DNA of 64,000 nt from contig NC_043005.1 of the NCBI RefSeq assembly GCF_006345805.1, forward strand, positions 24,056,001 through 24,120,000, read 5' to 3'. How positions within the stretch are numbered: position 1 is the first letter of the stretch; every line of letters begins with the position of its first letter. Positions 27,222 to 41,239 of the stretch are shown here, piece after piece. Made by a program: the position numbers and the translations under genes. This DNA is from Octopus sinensis. Its lineage: Eukaryota. The notes below the pieces were generated by a model. The model did no database searches. It had not been told where the DNA came from and saw only the letters and a list, made by a program, of their open reading frames with translations.

Positions 27222-27639
27222 GCTCTCCACAAAATTGTTCCATCTTTCAACTTCTTTCTGTCAACACGTCAAATTTAAGATCATTTCCCTGAAGACGGAA
27301 GCTCGTCTCATCCAACGATGGAATCAATTTACAAATATTATTTTGGACCACCGAGCCCCGAGACACAACTGTTGGATTTGTAATACTTTACCTCGATCCC
27401 TTCAGTTCTTGATATCATTTCCATTCTGTGTAGTCGGGCCTTTTTAAGTGTTAATGAATATATAGATTTTTGTAGTTCATATATTTAATATACGTTGTAT
27501 ATTGACCTGCCTAACTCGCTTATCCTTACATTCACTTTTCTATATGTGTGTGTTCGTGTTGTGTGTGTGTGTATGTGTGTGTGTGTATGTGTGTGTGTGC
27601 GCGCAAACGTGTATATTTATATAATGAATTTTTATAGCG

Positions 27640-28130
27640 TTCTGTACTGACCAGGATGATAGCATCATTAGATCAGCTGAGCTACTGCGAGAGACTAAAA
27701 GAACTACGGCTCTACTTCCTGGAGCGAAGACGGGAGATATATGCAGTGATATATGTGATATATATATAGAAGACACTTGAGGGGCTGGCTCTAAACTTCG
27801 GAATTGCGAGCTATACCAGCCCCTGAACGGGACGTTACTGCACTGTTCCAAAGTTTCCAGCAATCCCGTTTAGAGTGAGGAACTTATACTGCAATTGTAC
27901 TGCAATAGTTTGAGATTCAAGGGCCCACATCTATTTAATACCTTGTCAAAACATCTGAGTGATCTTCATGGAATTAAGGTAGATATTTTCAAGAAATAAC
28001 GAACTTCCTACTGTCCAAGGTGAACCTACATCACGACAAGAAACTCAAAAGAAGGTAGCAAATCGAATTCCATCCTTCACCAAAATCCAATCGGGTAAGA
28101 ATGGTCATTGGAAAGGTGATTACACTGGCA
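27640..28130 (+). mobile_element. CR1-like LINE 3' fragment, similar to 23200-23640
   Basis: LSYCERLKELRLYFLERRREIY; parallels the 3' end of the 21.6-23.6 kb element. Confidence 0.75.
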
Positions 28131-28224
28131 GTGCCCGGAACCGGCCACGGCCATTGGGCTGAAACGCCGAAAGAATAAAAGAATAAAGGAATATATATAT
28201 ATATATATATATATATAAGTATTT

Positions 28225-28445
28225 ATGCGTATTCTGTTGTGTCTGGGGAGAGTCATTCTCATTTAGTGCTTTATAATTTAACACACCCACCGGTAAATGA
28301 GTCAAAACTATTGAAAGAGTTGCAAGACGCAACGAAAATTTTAAAAAAATAGAGAAACAGAAATGAGGGAAAATTTTACCGGTGAGTCTGTTAAATTATA
28401 AGGCATTAAAAGAGAATGACTCTCCCCAGACACAACAGAATATGC
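28225..28445. repeat. ~72-bp inverted repeat pair with ~76-bp spacer
   Basis: TATTCTGTTGTGTCTGGGGAGAGTCATTCTC…CACCGGTAAA mirrored by TTTACCGGTGAG…GAGAATGACTCTCCCCAGACACAACAGAATA. Confidence 0.85.
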
Positions 28446-28623
28446 TTCAACAGACGAACTCACATAAAGAATCTTACAAACCAAATCCAAAAACGAAATA
28501 TTCATGCATAATAATTTATACAAACGTTCAACCATTTCCTAAAATAGTACTCGGTATAATTAAGAAGAGAATAACATTTTAAAGATGGAATACGTTACAC
28601 TCGCACACACACACACACACCCA

Positions 28624-28665
<42 letters not shown>

Positions 28666-28689
28666 ACACACACACACACACACAATCAC

Positions 28690-29345
28690 TAAAATTTATG
28701 ACTGCAAAAATGCAGAACGAACCATTAGCTAATAATTCCAAAATTGTAAATGCATGCTCCAATGCTGCAAGCATTTTCTTAAATTTTATCAATGAGCGGC
28801 ATTTCATCAACCCCCATATATCATAAGATATTTGATAGTAGCAATAATTTAAAAATGAGCTACAGTTGTATTCAACACTGCTGCATTTATACCTAGGAGA
28901 AAGGAAAGAAACATATCAAGCATGAAAGCAGTAAATTATTCTACTCTATGTAACTACTGTAGCCAAATCTCATATTTTTCCTCTCGGCATTATGGTTATT
29001 TCTAAAAGATTAATTCCATTGAGCTAAGATCTTTACTGAAGGAATACAGTGAAACAAAAGTAAATCAGAACATTCTAAAATTTCTTTTAAAACGAGTTTC
29101 TCATAATATGCATACATTTAGATACTACGAAATACCATTAAATACTTCCCTATTCAAATATATTTGGAATTTAATTAATATTATTATCAGTTATAAAATC
29201 GATCGAGTTTTTGTAGAACATGCGTCCCTTTATCTGAAAAGTTCCTTAAGTATTCTTATTAATATAATAGAATTACGTTATACATGCAGCCATTTCTAAA
29301 TCTATAGATACAAATTTAAAGGTAAAATCTTAGGAGAGACATTAT
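28690..29345 (-). pseudogene. Possible extreme N-terminal fragment of the viral L gene
   Basis: Unique, non-TE, coding-like decayed sequence (…KFKKMLAALEHAFTILELLANGSFCIFAVINFSD) on the same strand, between G and the 21-kb L piece; no diagnostic motif. Confidence 0.25.
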
Positions 29346-29893
29346 ATATTTTGCACACCCACCCAATAAAAAACAAGAACCAAAAATGTGTTCGATGCTC
29401 ACGGGATTCTTTCAAACAAATTCCCCAATACGAAAGGGAAGAATTAGAGGATAAGTTATATAGTTACCTAATAGCCACCAAAGTATTTAACTAGTACTTT
29501 TTTGATACACAGAGAAATAATTTAAGGCAAAATCAATTTAAAACCAGAATACAAATGGACATGGTCCAATGTCATTTCATTTTTCTTTCGAGGATCTGCG
29601 ATTTTGCTAATTCGCTTGCATTTCAAGCTGTAATACTTATCCTGTACACAAGTACTAGATTAAAAACTAAGGAGGAATTAGTTCACCAAACTATAGAGAG
29701 TAAAGCTAGTAACTTGTTATATCGCCTCCGGTAAGATAACAGTTTAGGCTCCCCTCAGCAGGTTTTCAAATCCTAACCCGAGGATCCGAAACAAATAGAC
29801 AAGGCATTAGATCCAATGCTCCAACGATTCTGCATATTTATCGCTCGAACTGAAAAATAATAAATGATGATGATAAAGATGATGATGATGATG

Positions 29894-29953
<60 letters not shown>

Positions 29954-29959
29954 CTAATG

Positions 29960-29990
<31 letters not shown>

Positions 29991-30256
29991 AATAATAATA
30001 ATAATAATAATAATGCTAATGATGATAATAATAATAATAATAATAACTGGTACATCACACGTATTGAGAAGAGCATTGTCGATGTGAGAACTGTTGCTGC
30101 TCATGTATTTTATTTAACTTAAAAAAAAAAAAAAAAAAATTAACGAACTACTGAGTTTGGTTTAATGGCCTACCAATATACACTGAGTTTCTTTGCCCTA
30201 GGAGTCGGGAAGACACTCGGCAAGAAATGGAGAAAATTTGAAAGAAGAAAAAAAAA

Positions 30257-30317
<61 letters not shown>

Positions 30318-30323
30318 TAATAA

Positions 30324-30868
30324 GCCCTGATGCAGTACCGGGCAGTGGCTCTCATGGCTTCTGATCTTAACTGATTGGAACTGTTATCATGTACATTGTT
30401 TTGTCTTGGTATAAAAGATGGGCTACAGCAAATATTCTGCGCAATACCACAGATTTGCTTGTCAGTTGTTTGATCTTAACCAGTTGAGCATGTCCCTTAG
30501 TGGCTGACGATATGTGCATCTCTGATCATGAGCAGAAGTAGTGGGGGAGTATCATAGCCATGTGTTGAAAGGAATTCTTAGAGGTTTGGATAATTCACCT
30601 TTGGAAACATGGGTGTTTCGTTTAACATCCTTAAAGAACCCTTATTCAGGCACCTTTTGAGCGGGATGGGTTACTCGACCAGAAGAAAATTCTTGTTGGG
30701 CCCCACCTGCAAGGTTATGTGCTGTTAATCTTGATATGAGGTCACCATGTCGCGCACATATGGTTGTGCTGCGCGTACCCGTATCAGACGGGTAGTCATG
30801 ATGGGTATACTGGTTTCGTATATTTTAACCCAGTGTCACTTTGATGGTATGCACCGCTCTCTCACTCG
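30324..30868 (+). mobile_element. ~550-bp non-coding (AAT)n-associated element (copy 2)
   Basis: GCCCTGATGCAGTACCGGGCAGTGGCTCTCATGG…GCTCTCTCACTC(AAT)n; flanked on both sides by AAT repeats. Confidence 0.85.
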
Positions 30869-30930
<62 letters not shown>

Positions 30931-31421
30931 CCTCTCTATTATAAGCACAAGGTCTGAAACTTGGAGGAGAGGGATAGTGTATTACATCGACCCTAGTTCT
31001 CAACAGGTACGTAATTTATCGACCCTAAAAGGATGAAATGTTAAGTCGACGTCGGCGGGATTTGAACTCAGAACGTAGCGACGGACGAAATACTGCTAAG
31101 CATTTTTTCAGCACGCTAATGATTCTGTCAGCTAGCCGAGTTTTAATAATAATAATAATAATAATAATTATAATAATAATAATAATATAATAATAATAAT
31201 GGTTTCAAATTTTGCCACAATGGCAGCGATTTTGGGACAGCGGAAGAGCCGATTACATCGAACCCACTGGTCAAATGGTACTTATTTTATCGACCCTGAT
31301 TGAATGACACTAAAGACAGCCACGGCGGAATTTGAACTCTGAACGTAGCGGTGGGCCAAGTACCGCTAAGCATTTCGTCCAGCACGCTAACGATTCTGCC
31401 AAGGTGGCCGCCTTTTTAAAC

Positions 31422-31496
<75 letters not shown>

Positions 31497-31497
<1 letters not shown>

Positions 31498-31802
31498 TAA
31501 AATACAAAGACCTGGAAATAGAGGTAACCAGAATGTGGAATCTAAAAACAGAAACAATTCCTATCATAATAGGTGCATAAGGCATGATAGAAAATATTCA
31601 GACAAATACATAACAAGAACACCAAGACTTACAAACACATATAACATACAGAAAATTGCACTACTAGGCACTGCACACATCCTACGCAGAACACTTTCCA
31701 TACAATAACCATCAGAGCATCACAACAAATCACAGCACATACCCAAGGCACAAAGAGCTGCGCTCGGTAGTGAATTGAAAGCACGCTATAAAAAATATAC
31801 TA

Positions 31803-31805
<3 letters not shown>
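31497..31805 (+). mobile_element. 5'-truncated Dong/R4 LINE 3' end
   Basis: KYKDLEIEVTRMWNLKTETIPIIIGA…ALLGTAHILRRTLS plus 3'UTR ending TACTACTG(AAT)n. Confidence 0.9.
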
Positions 31806-31864
<59 letters not shown>

Positions 31865-31963
31865 TAATAATAATAATAATAATAATAAATAATAATGATG
31901 ATAATGATGATGATGATGATGATAATGATAATAATAATAGTAGTAGTAGTAGTAGTAGTAGTA

Positions 31964-32006
<43 letters not shown>

Positions 32007-32019
32007 TAATGATAATAAA

Positions 32020-32569
32020 GCCCTGATGCAGTACCGGGCAGTGGCTCTCATGGCTTCTGATCTTAACTGATTGGAACTGTTATCATGTACATTGTTTTGT
32101 CTTGGTATAAAAGATGGGCTACAGAAAATGTTCTGCTCAATACCACAGATTTGTTTGTCAGTTGTTTGATCTTAACCAGTTGAGCATGTCCCTTAGTGGC
32201 TGACGATATGTGCATCTCTGATCACGAGCAGAAGTATTGGGGTACCTTCATAGCCATATGTTGGGAGGGATTCTTTGGGGTTTGAATAATTCACCTCTGG
32301 GAACGTGGGTGTTTCGTTTAACATCCTTAAACAACCCTTATTCAGGGACCTTTTGAGCGGGATGGGTTACTCGACCAGAAGAAAATTCTAACTGGGCCCC
32401 ACCTGCAAGGTCATGTGCTGTTTATCTTGATATGAGATTACCATGTCGCGCACATATGGTTGTGATGCATGTGCCTAATGTACCCTTATCAGACGGCTAA
32501 TCATGATGGGTATACTGGGCATCGTATTTTACTCCAGTGTGACTTTGATGGCATGCACTGCTCTCTCAC

Positions 32570-32570
<1 letters not shown>
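32020..32570 (+). mobile_element. ~550-bp non-coding (AAT)n-associated element (copy 3)
   Basis: Near-identical to 30324-30868; flanked by AAT repeats. Confidence 0.85.
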
Positions 32571-32602
<32 letters not shown>

Positions 32603-32623
32603 TTAATAATAATAGAAATAATG

Positions 32624-32699
<76 letters not shown>

Positions 32700-32701
<2 letters not shown>

Positions 32702-34045
32702 GAGCTCAATGCTAAAAACAGGTAATAGTTATCAACACTTTAGCTGTCCCAGTTATAAGCTACAGCTACAATATTCTTAACTGGACACGAAATGAACTGA
32801 CCAAAATAGATAGGAAAACAAGAAAAATAATGACAGGATCTAGGATGCATCACCCAAAATCTGACATAGAAAGACTATATATACAACGTATAGAAGGTGG
32901 TAGAGGCCTTATACAGCTGGAAAACTACTATAAAATAACCACCATAGGACTGCAAAAATATCTACTTCAGAAGGAAGGAAAACTGATCCAGATAGCGGCA
33001 AAACACGAGCAAAACAAAAAACTGTTCTCAGTATTTAAGGAAGCTGACAAATACAAACAAGAAATCATACCACCTAATAAACATGAAGAAGAAGATGAAG
33101 ATGAAGAAACAGCAAAAGCTATAAAACAAATGAAATCCAAACTAAAAATAGAACAGCAACGAACCATGATAAAACGATTGCAAGAAAAGCCCCTTCATGG
33201 TAAATACTGGACTAAACTAAACGCAAAAGAAATAGACAAAGAAAAATCCCAGCAATGGTTGAGAAGTCAGGACTCAAAGCAGAAACAGAGGGATTTTTAA
33301 TTGCAGCACAAGACCAAAGCCTCCCCACCAGAAATTACCAAAAACATCTAATGAAAGAATATTACAAGTACTGCAGATATGTGGAGAATAGAGATGGACA
33401 AGAAACAATAAATCATATTATCTCTAGCTGCCCAGTCCTGGCTAAGAAGGAATATATTCACAGACATGACAGAGTTGGAACCTACATACATTGGAAGCTA
33501 TGCCAACATTATGGAATAACAACAGAAAAAAGATGGTATAGGCACACACCAGAAAAGGTCACAGAAAACGAGAAAGCAACCATACTCTGGGATATGCCGA
33601 TACACACAGATAGAGAAATTAAGGCCAACAGACCAGATATAGTTGTCAGAGATCATGAAGAAAAAAAATGCTTTCTAATTGATGTATCAATACCGGCAGA
33701 TGACAACGTGTCTCTAAAAGAAATGGGAAACTCTCAAAATACAAAGACCTAGAAATAGAGGTAACTAGAATGTGGAATCTGAAAACAGAAACAATTCCTA
33801 TCATAGTAGGTGCATTAGGCATGATAAAAAAATATTCAGACAAATACGTAACAAAAACACCAGGACTTACAAACACATATAACATACAGAAAATTGCACT
33901 ACTAGGCACTGCACACATCCTACGCAGAACACTTTCCATACAATAACCATCAGAGCATCACAACGAATCACAGCACATATCCCAAGGCACACAGAGCTGC
34001 GCTCGGTAGTGAAGTGAAAGGACGCTATAAAAATATACTACTGAA
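32700..34045 (+). mobile_element. 5'-truncated Dong/R4 LINE (post-RT region, CCHC, REL endonuclease, 3'UTR)
   Basis: HHPKSDIERLY…GGRGL; AAQDQSLPTRNY; CRY…HIISSC; RHD; ANRPDIVV…IDVSIP; same 3'UTR as 31497-31805. Confidence 0.92.
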
Positions 34046-34283
34046 TAATAATAATAATAATAATAATGATAGCAATCCTTTCTACTATAGGCACAAGGCC
34101 AGAAATTTTGGGGAGGAGACCTGTCAATTACATCGATCCCAGTGTTCCACTGGTACTTAATTTGTTTACTCCGAAGGATGAAATGCAAAGTCGACTACGG
34201 CGGAATTTGAACTCAGCACGCATAGACGGACGAAATAGCGTTAAGCGTGGTAAAGATTCTGCCATCTCGCCTCCTTCTTTTCA

Positions 34284-34351
<68 letters not shown>

Positions 34352-34353
<2 letters not shown>

Positions 34354-34908
34354 GCTATGGAAGCTATGCCAACATTATGGAATAACAACAGAAAAATTAT
34401 GGTATAGGCACACACCAGAAAAGGTCACAGAAAACGAGAAAGCAACCATACTCTGGGATATGCCGATACACACAGATAGAGAAATTAAGGCCAACAGACC
34501 AGATATAGTTGTCAGAGACCATGAAGAAAAAAAATGCTTTCTAATTGATGTATCAATACCGGCAGATGACAACGTGTCTCTAAAAGAAATGGAGAAACTC
34601 TCAAAATACAAAGACCTGGAAATAGAGGTAATTAGAATGTGGGATCTAAAAACAAACAATTCCTATCATAGTAGGTGCATTAGGCATGATAAAAAATATT
34701 CAGATAAATACATAGCAAAAATACAAGGACTTACAAACACATATAACACACAGAAAATTGCACTACTAGGCACTGCACACATCCTACGCAGAACACTTTC
34801 CATACAATAACCATCTGAGCATCACAACAAATCACAGCACATACCCAAGGCACACAGAGCTGCGCTCGGTAGTGAAGTGAAAGCACGCTATAAAAATAAA
34901 ACTACTGA
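34352..34908 (+). mobile_element. 5'-truncated Dong/R4 LINE 3' end
   Basis: WKLCQHYGITTEK…RPDIVVRDHEEKKCFLIDVSIP…; near-identical to 33490-34045. Confidence 0.92.
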
Positions 34909-34959
34909 ATAATAATAATAATATAATAATAATAATAATAATATATAATAATAATAATA

Positions 34960-35015
<56 letters not shown>

Positions 35016-35147
35016 TAATAATAATAAATAATAATAATAATATAATAATAATAATAATAATAATAATATAATAATATAATAATACTAATAATAATAATAA
35101 TAATATAATAATATAATAATAATAATAATAATAATATAATAATAATA

Positions 35148-35178
<31 letters not shown>

Positions 35179-35785
35179 TAATAATAATAATGTTAATAAT
35201 AATAATAATGATAACCATGATAATGACATACCGTGGTAGAATATTTACGCAATTTAGTTTTCACGTAGTGAATAGTGCTTAATTGTATATTTGCAATAAT
35301 ATTATTTAATATATACATGCTAACGTAATTGCCTTCTTACACACATAGACAGAGAGACAGGTAGACACACACACACACACACACAAACATAGTATATATA
35401 TATATGTTTGTATAATGTATAAATATATATAATTATGTAGTTTTTTATACTTACATATGTTTAGTACATACATACTACGTATATGCATGTATATATATGT
35501 AAACTTACATCCATGTAGATAAGTTTACATATACAAATCGATATCTATATATACATACACAAACACACACACACACACATACATTCCAATGCATACGTGC
35601 ATTCATTATTTCGAAAGCTTTTGAAATACTGCACATCATTAGTTGCACTGGATTTGAACAAGAAACCACAAAAAAGAGTTAATAAATGTGAAAGATTCAA
35701 CGAATGCATACGAATAGATGAATATACAAAAATATATAAAAACATTTCCCCCTGACATTTATCTTTACCAATATACATACATACA

Positions 35786-35869
<84 letters not shown>

Positions 35870-35874
35870 ATATG

Positions 35875-35908
<34 letters not shown>

Positions 35909-35929
35909 CATACATATATATATATAATA

Positions 35930-35973
<44 letters not shown>

Positions 35974-36144
35974 ACACGCACGCAGACACATATTTGTATG
36001 TGTATATATATACATGTATGTATATAAATGTATATGTATATATATATATATAAGTATATATATATGTATATATATGTACATATATGTATATATATATATG
36101 TATATATAAATGTATATATATATATATATAATATATATATATAT

Positions 36145-36363
36145 ATTATATAAAAGGGCTTAGTAAAATAAATTACTTTGCCGCATACTGAACTCATTAG
36201 AAATAGCAGCTAAAAAACTTTTTAAGGCTATTTCTAATACTTAAAGAAAATCATGATTTTCTTTAAGTATTAGAAATAGCCTTAAAAAAGTTTTTTAGCT
36301 GCTATTTCTAATGAGTTCAGTATGCGGCAAAGTAATTTATTTTACTAAGCCCTTTTATATAAT
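36145..36363. repeat. Near-perfect loop-less palindrome (~109-bp arms)
   Basis: ATTATATAAAAGGGCTTAGT…AAAGAAAATCA|TGATTTTCTTT…ACTAAGCCCTTTTATATAAT; centre TCATGA at 36251-36256; one indel. Confidence 0.95.
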
Positions 36364-36456
36364 GTAATAATTTGAATTCGCCTTGAATGGTCCCTTTGCA
36401 TACTGAACACTTGGTGAAATTGATTAATAATTAATTAATTTTGCCCTCAATTGTTG

Positions 36457-36508
<52 letters not shown>

Positions 36509-36876
36509 ACATACAAATGCTCTTATATTCATAGATACATACATGCATACATTTACACATACAAACATATATATATGCATATATATATCTCTATGTATAT
36601 ATATATATATATGTATATGTGTATATATATATATATACCTACACAGGTATACTCATAAATTCATAGATACATACATGCGTACATTTATACATACATATAT
36701 ACATATGGGTGCATGCATGTGATTCAAGAAAATATAAATCAAAGATTTAATATACCAACGATGAATACGATTTATCTAAATTCAGTTGAATACTATAAAA
36801 TATCAGAAGTCAATGAAGAATTTATGATTTCTTATAATATATATGTTATAAGAATTCAAACTTTATTTGATTTTTG

Positions 36877-36948
<72 letters not shown>

Positions 36949-36954
36949 TTATAG

Positions 36955-37016
<62 letters not shown>

Positions 37017-37019
37017 TTA

Positions 37020-37088
<69 letters not shown>

Positions 37089-37291
37089 TATATATATATG
37101 CATTTGTGTGTGTGTGTGTGTTTGTTAAAGAGTGAGAGAGAGAAGCACGTCTATATGCAACCAAGATTTAAGTCCAAACATGAATGTTTTATATTTTGTA
37201 AGATATCAGTTGATGCTTTTATTTACGTTTTTAGAAATAGGACAAAGAGGTGTTTGTAAAATATAGACAAAACGCACACACACACACACAT

Positions 37292-37334
<43 letters not shown>

Positions 37335-37335
37335 A

Positions 37336-37376
<41 letters not shown>

Positions 37377-37474
37377 AAAGTAAAGATAGGGGTTATGAGG
37401 GTAACACGCTATGGGATATCGGTTATCCAATATACTGCTGGTAAAGTACCCAAACGCAAATATCTTGTTTGTGC

Positions 37475-37531
<57 letters not shown>

Positions 37532-37814
37532 CAAGTGTAAACATGTATACTTGGTACCCTGCTTCATGAATTGTGTTACGTTGATTAGTATTACCGTTAA
37601 AACAACGTTACTGTTGGTTTTGTTAAAAATGGTAGTACATTTAGTTAGAATGCATTTACTGAACCATACGAAGCATGATAATCCAATGTAATGTGATATA
37701 TTGTTCATTGTTGTTCTTCATGTGTTTTGCACATGTGATTAATATGTACGATTTGCCTATGTGTGTATATGTGTGTATATTTGTATATTTTATATGTATA
37801 TATGTGTTTATGAG

Positions 37815-37845
<31 letters not shown>

Positions 37846-37952
37846 ATTTTGAGTATCTGTCTTATCATTTATTTTCTTGTTGTTATTGGATAGTATGGGA
37901 AGCATGTTTTTTATATATCAATATTATTATTATAATTTTATAGTTATGTATA

Positions 37953-38084
37953 TCCTCTGAAGAGGCCTTTGGTTATTTAAACAGACAAATATCATCTTTA
38001 ATGCCTAAGACTATACTACAATGGCATATATGGGCAATTTAAGTTGGATTGCCTCTTGACCATAGGCTGAAACAGCTGTAAGGA
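37953..38084 (+). ncRNA. Type-I hammerhead ribozyme with intact core
   Basis: Stem I TCCT/AGGA; core CTGAAGA (37957-37963); stem II GGCCT(T)TGGT…ACCA(T)AGGCT with a long loop; GAAA (38069-38072); palindromic stem III ACAGCTGT; cleavage triplet GUA ending at 38080. Confidence 0.75.
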
Positions 38085-38242
38085 GCAGTTTATTTGTATT
38101 ATTTTTATTTTATTATTAATTTGCATATTGATGTATATTGTTCTGTTCGATTTTCATGTTCCTATTTGTATAATTAATAAATAATATGAAATTGTAATAT
38201 CCGTAAGTTGATGATCGAAATGAATTTGTTCCTCCATTTTCT

Positions 38243-38280
<38 letters not shown>

Positions 38281-38295
38281 ATATATATATCTTTC

Positions 38296-38340
<45 letters not shown>

Positions 38341-38386
38341 ATGACATTTGGTAAGCGGTATCGATTTTACAAATCTGTAAATAATA

Positions 38387-38439
<53 letters not shown>

Positions 38440-38442
<3 letters not shown>

Positions 38443-40915
38443 GTGACACAGACAGACTGTATGTACAAAGAAAAAGGGGGAAGCGGACTTATTGGATGCA
38501 AACACAGCATTAGAGCAGAAGAAAACAACATAGCCTGGTTGGCAAAAAATGCCACAGAACAGCTGTTATCAGAAGTAGGGAGGTCAGGCTTGTTTAGGAT
38601 GAAAGATTGCATAGAAAAAGCACTATACAAGAAATTGAAAATGAATGAAACTGAAAATAGGTGGGTAAAGAAAAGAATGCGTGGTCAATTTTATAAGGAA
38701 GTTGAAGATTCGACAGACAGAAAAAAAGATGGCTGTGGATGATTAAAATTGATTTAAAACTGGAAACAAAAGCCCTAATCTGTGCTGCACAAGAGCAAGC
38801 ACTAAGAACGAACTACATAAAATACAGAATAGACAACACATCAGAAAGTGATAAGTGCAGAATCTCTCGACAAGACGGTGAAATCGTATGGCATATTAGC
38901 AGCCAATGTATGCCACTAGCCCAGAAGGAATATAAAAATACGCCACGACAATATATCCAGGCTTGTCCATTGGACACTTTGCAACAAGTATGAACTTGAC
39001 AGAGAAACAATTTGGTACGATAACAAACCTGAAGGCATTGTCGAAAATAGAAATGTAAATATCCTATGGTATTTTATAATTCAGTGAGACCATGGGATTG
39101 AAAATAGGAAGCCGGACATGCTCTTAATTGAGAAAGAAAACAAACTATGCAGGAGCATAGACATAACATGCACAGCGGACAACAAGGTGCAGCACTACAC
39201 CGATCGCATATCGCAGTTCCAGCAAAATCAGTTATTCTCAAATAACCAGAGGCAGCTTTTTAAGAGCTTCGGAGGAAATACAGAAGATAATACACCTCCT
39301 GAAGCAGAGGAATCCTGTCAATTTTGGAATAACATCAGGGGGCAAGACGTTTCGCACAAACACAGTTCTGAGTGGATTTATTCCGTTAGATCCGAACTCC
39401 ATCACCCGGATGCTCAACGACAGTACCATACGCACAACGGAAGGTGTCATTGCACAGGTATCAAAACTGCCAAAGTGGAAGCAGCAGGACCAGACGGGAT
39501 TCAAGGCTACTGGCACAAGTGGTTTACGTCAACACACAAGAGAACTGCGTTGCAATTAGACAATTGCATATTGAGTGGTACATTTCCGGAGTGGATGGTA
39601 GAGGGAAGAATAACATTGTTAATGAAAGATCAGTCAAAGGGCAATGAGGATGGTAATTACCGACCCATTGCTTGTCTTAACCTCCTATGGAAAGTATTAA
39701 CAGGTACCCTCGCAGGGAGAATATTTACATTCCTTGCGAAAAAAAATCTTCTGCCAGTAGAACAAAAGGGATGCCAAAAAGGATCCAGGGCATCAACGAT
39801 CACCTTGTGATAGACAAGGTTATAATGAAGAACTGTAAACGCTACCAAAAAACTTAACTATGGGCTGGATAGACTTCAAAAAGGCTTATGACATATTGTC
39901 GCGTTCGTGGATTTTGGAAACACTCGACATGTGTAGAATAGCTGAGAACGTGTGTGCACTGATTAAGAACAGCATGCCTAGTAACAACCAGCACTTAGCC
40001 AAGGTAACAATCAAAAGAGGTATCTTCCAAGGAGACTGTTGTGCACCTCTGTTATTTTTTATAGACTTGATCCCACTTTATGTAGTCCTACGTAAAATCA
40101 ACGTGAAATATGAGCTGAGAAAAAACAGACCGCATTTCAACTACCTTCTCTTCATGGATGATTTAAAACTGTTCGCAAAAACAGAGCCTGAAATGGAGAA
40201 TCTGGTTGAGACTGTACAAATGTGCAGCAAGGATATAGGGATGGAATTGAGTATCTCGAAGTGTGCGGTGCTTACTTTGAAGCGGGGGAAAAGAGTAAAT
40301 TGCAGGTGCATAGAATTGCGAAACGGAGATAAAATGCACGACCTGGATGATGATATGTACAAGTACATTGGAATCCTGGAGCTGGACAATATCTTGCACA
40401 GAGAAATAAAAGACAAGGTCATCACCGCATATTTCAAGCGCCTCAAACTTCTCTTGAAATCAAAACTCAACTCAAGGAATCTTGAGACTGCCATCAGCAT
40501 ATGGGCTGTTGCTGTAGTCCGCTATAGTTCAGCCATCCTGAAATGGACACAAGCGGAGATTAACTAATTCGATCGCACTACCCGAAAGACAATCACAATG
40601 CATTGTGCCCTCCACCCTAAGATAAATGCATACAACCTCTGCATGAAGAAAGGTAAAGGTGGACTAGGCTGATTAGCTTGCGGGATTGCATCAACAGTGA
40701 ATGAAGAAGCATGGAAGAATATTTGGTAAACAGCAAACAAGACCTACTAGGGTGTGCTGCTAGTGCAGAGGAGTTAACAAAAATGGACTTGAGAGTGCTC
40801 ATGAATTCCGATCGAGAATAGCCAGCAAGAGAGAAGAAACCCTACAGCGTATGGAATTACATGGTCGGTTCCACCGTGAAACCAACAAATTAAAAGACCA
40901 AGAAGCATCATAGAG
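38440..40915 (+). mobile_element. Two fused R4/Dong-type LINE remnants: 3' part (38440-39190) followed by RT part (39190-40915)
   Basis: AAQEQALRTNY, CRI…HISSQC, RKPDMLL precede AAGPDGI, NYRPIACL, WIDFKKAYD, GIFQGD, LLFMDDLKLF. Confidence 0.88.
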
Positions 40916-41239
40916 GTGGTACTTAATTTATTAACCCCGAAAGGATGAAAGGCAAAGTCGAACTCAGAACGTGAAGGCAGCCGAAATACCTATTTCTTTA
41001 TTACCCACAAGTGGCTAAACATAGAGGAGACAAACAAGGACAGACATAGGTATTAAGTCGATTACATCGACCCCAGTGCGTAACTGGTACTTAATTTATC
41101 GACCCCGAAAGGATGAAAGACAAAGTCGACCTCGGCAGAATTTGAACTCAGAACGTAGCGGCAGACGAAATACCGCTAAGCATTCCGTCCGGCGCACTAA
41201 CGTTCTTGCCAGCACGCCTTCACTTATATTAGGCAATAG

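Larger units (their letters stand above)
29860..35230 (+). repeat. (AAT)n microsatellite array hosting nested LINE/SINE insertions
   Basis: More than ten long AAT tracts separating each inserted element. Confidence 0.95.

Noticed and set aside
30500-30615. CTGACGA…GAAAC as a hammerhead in the 550-bp element
   Set aside because: Could not build stems I-III around the core, and GAAAC is not conserved in the 32-kb copy.
34800-37950. Many ORFs rich in YI, HT, CV, N or L repeats (here and throughout the window)
   Set aside because: Translations of (TA)n, (CA)n, (AAT)n and (CTAT)n microsatellites; not genes.
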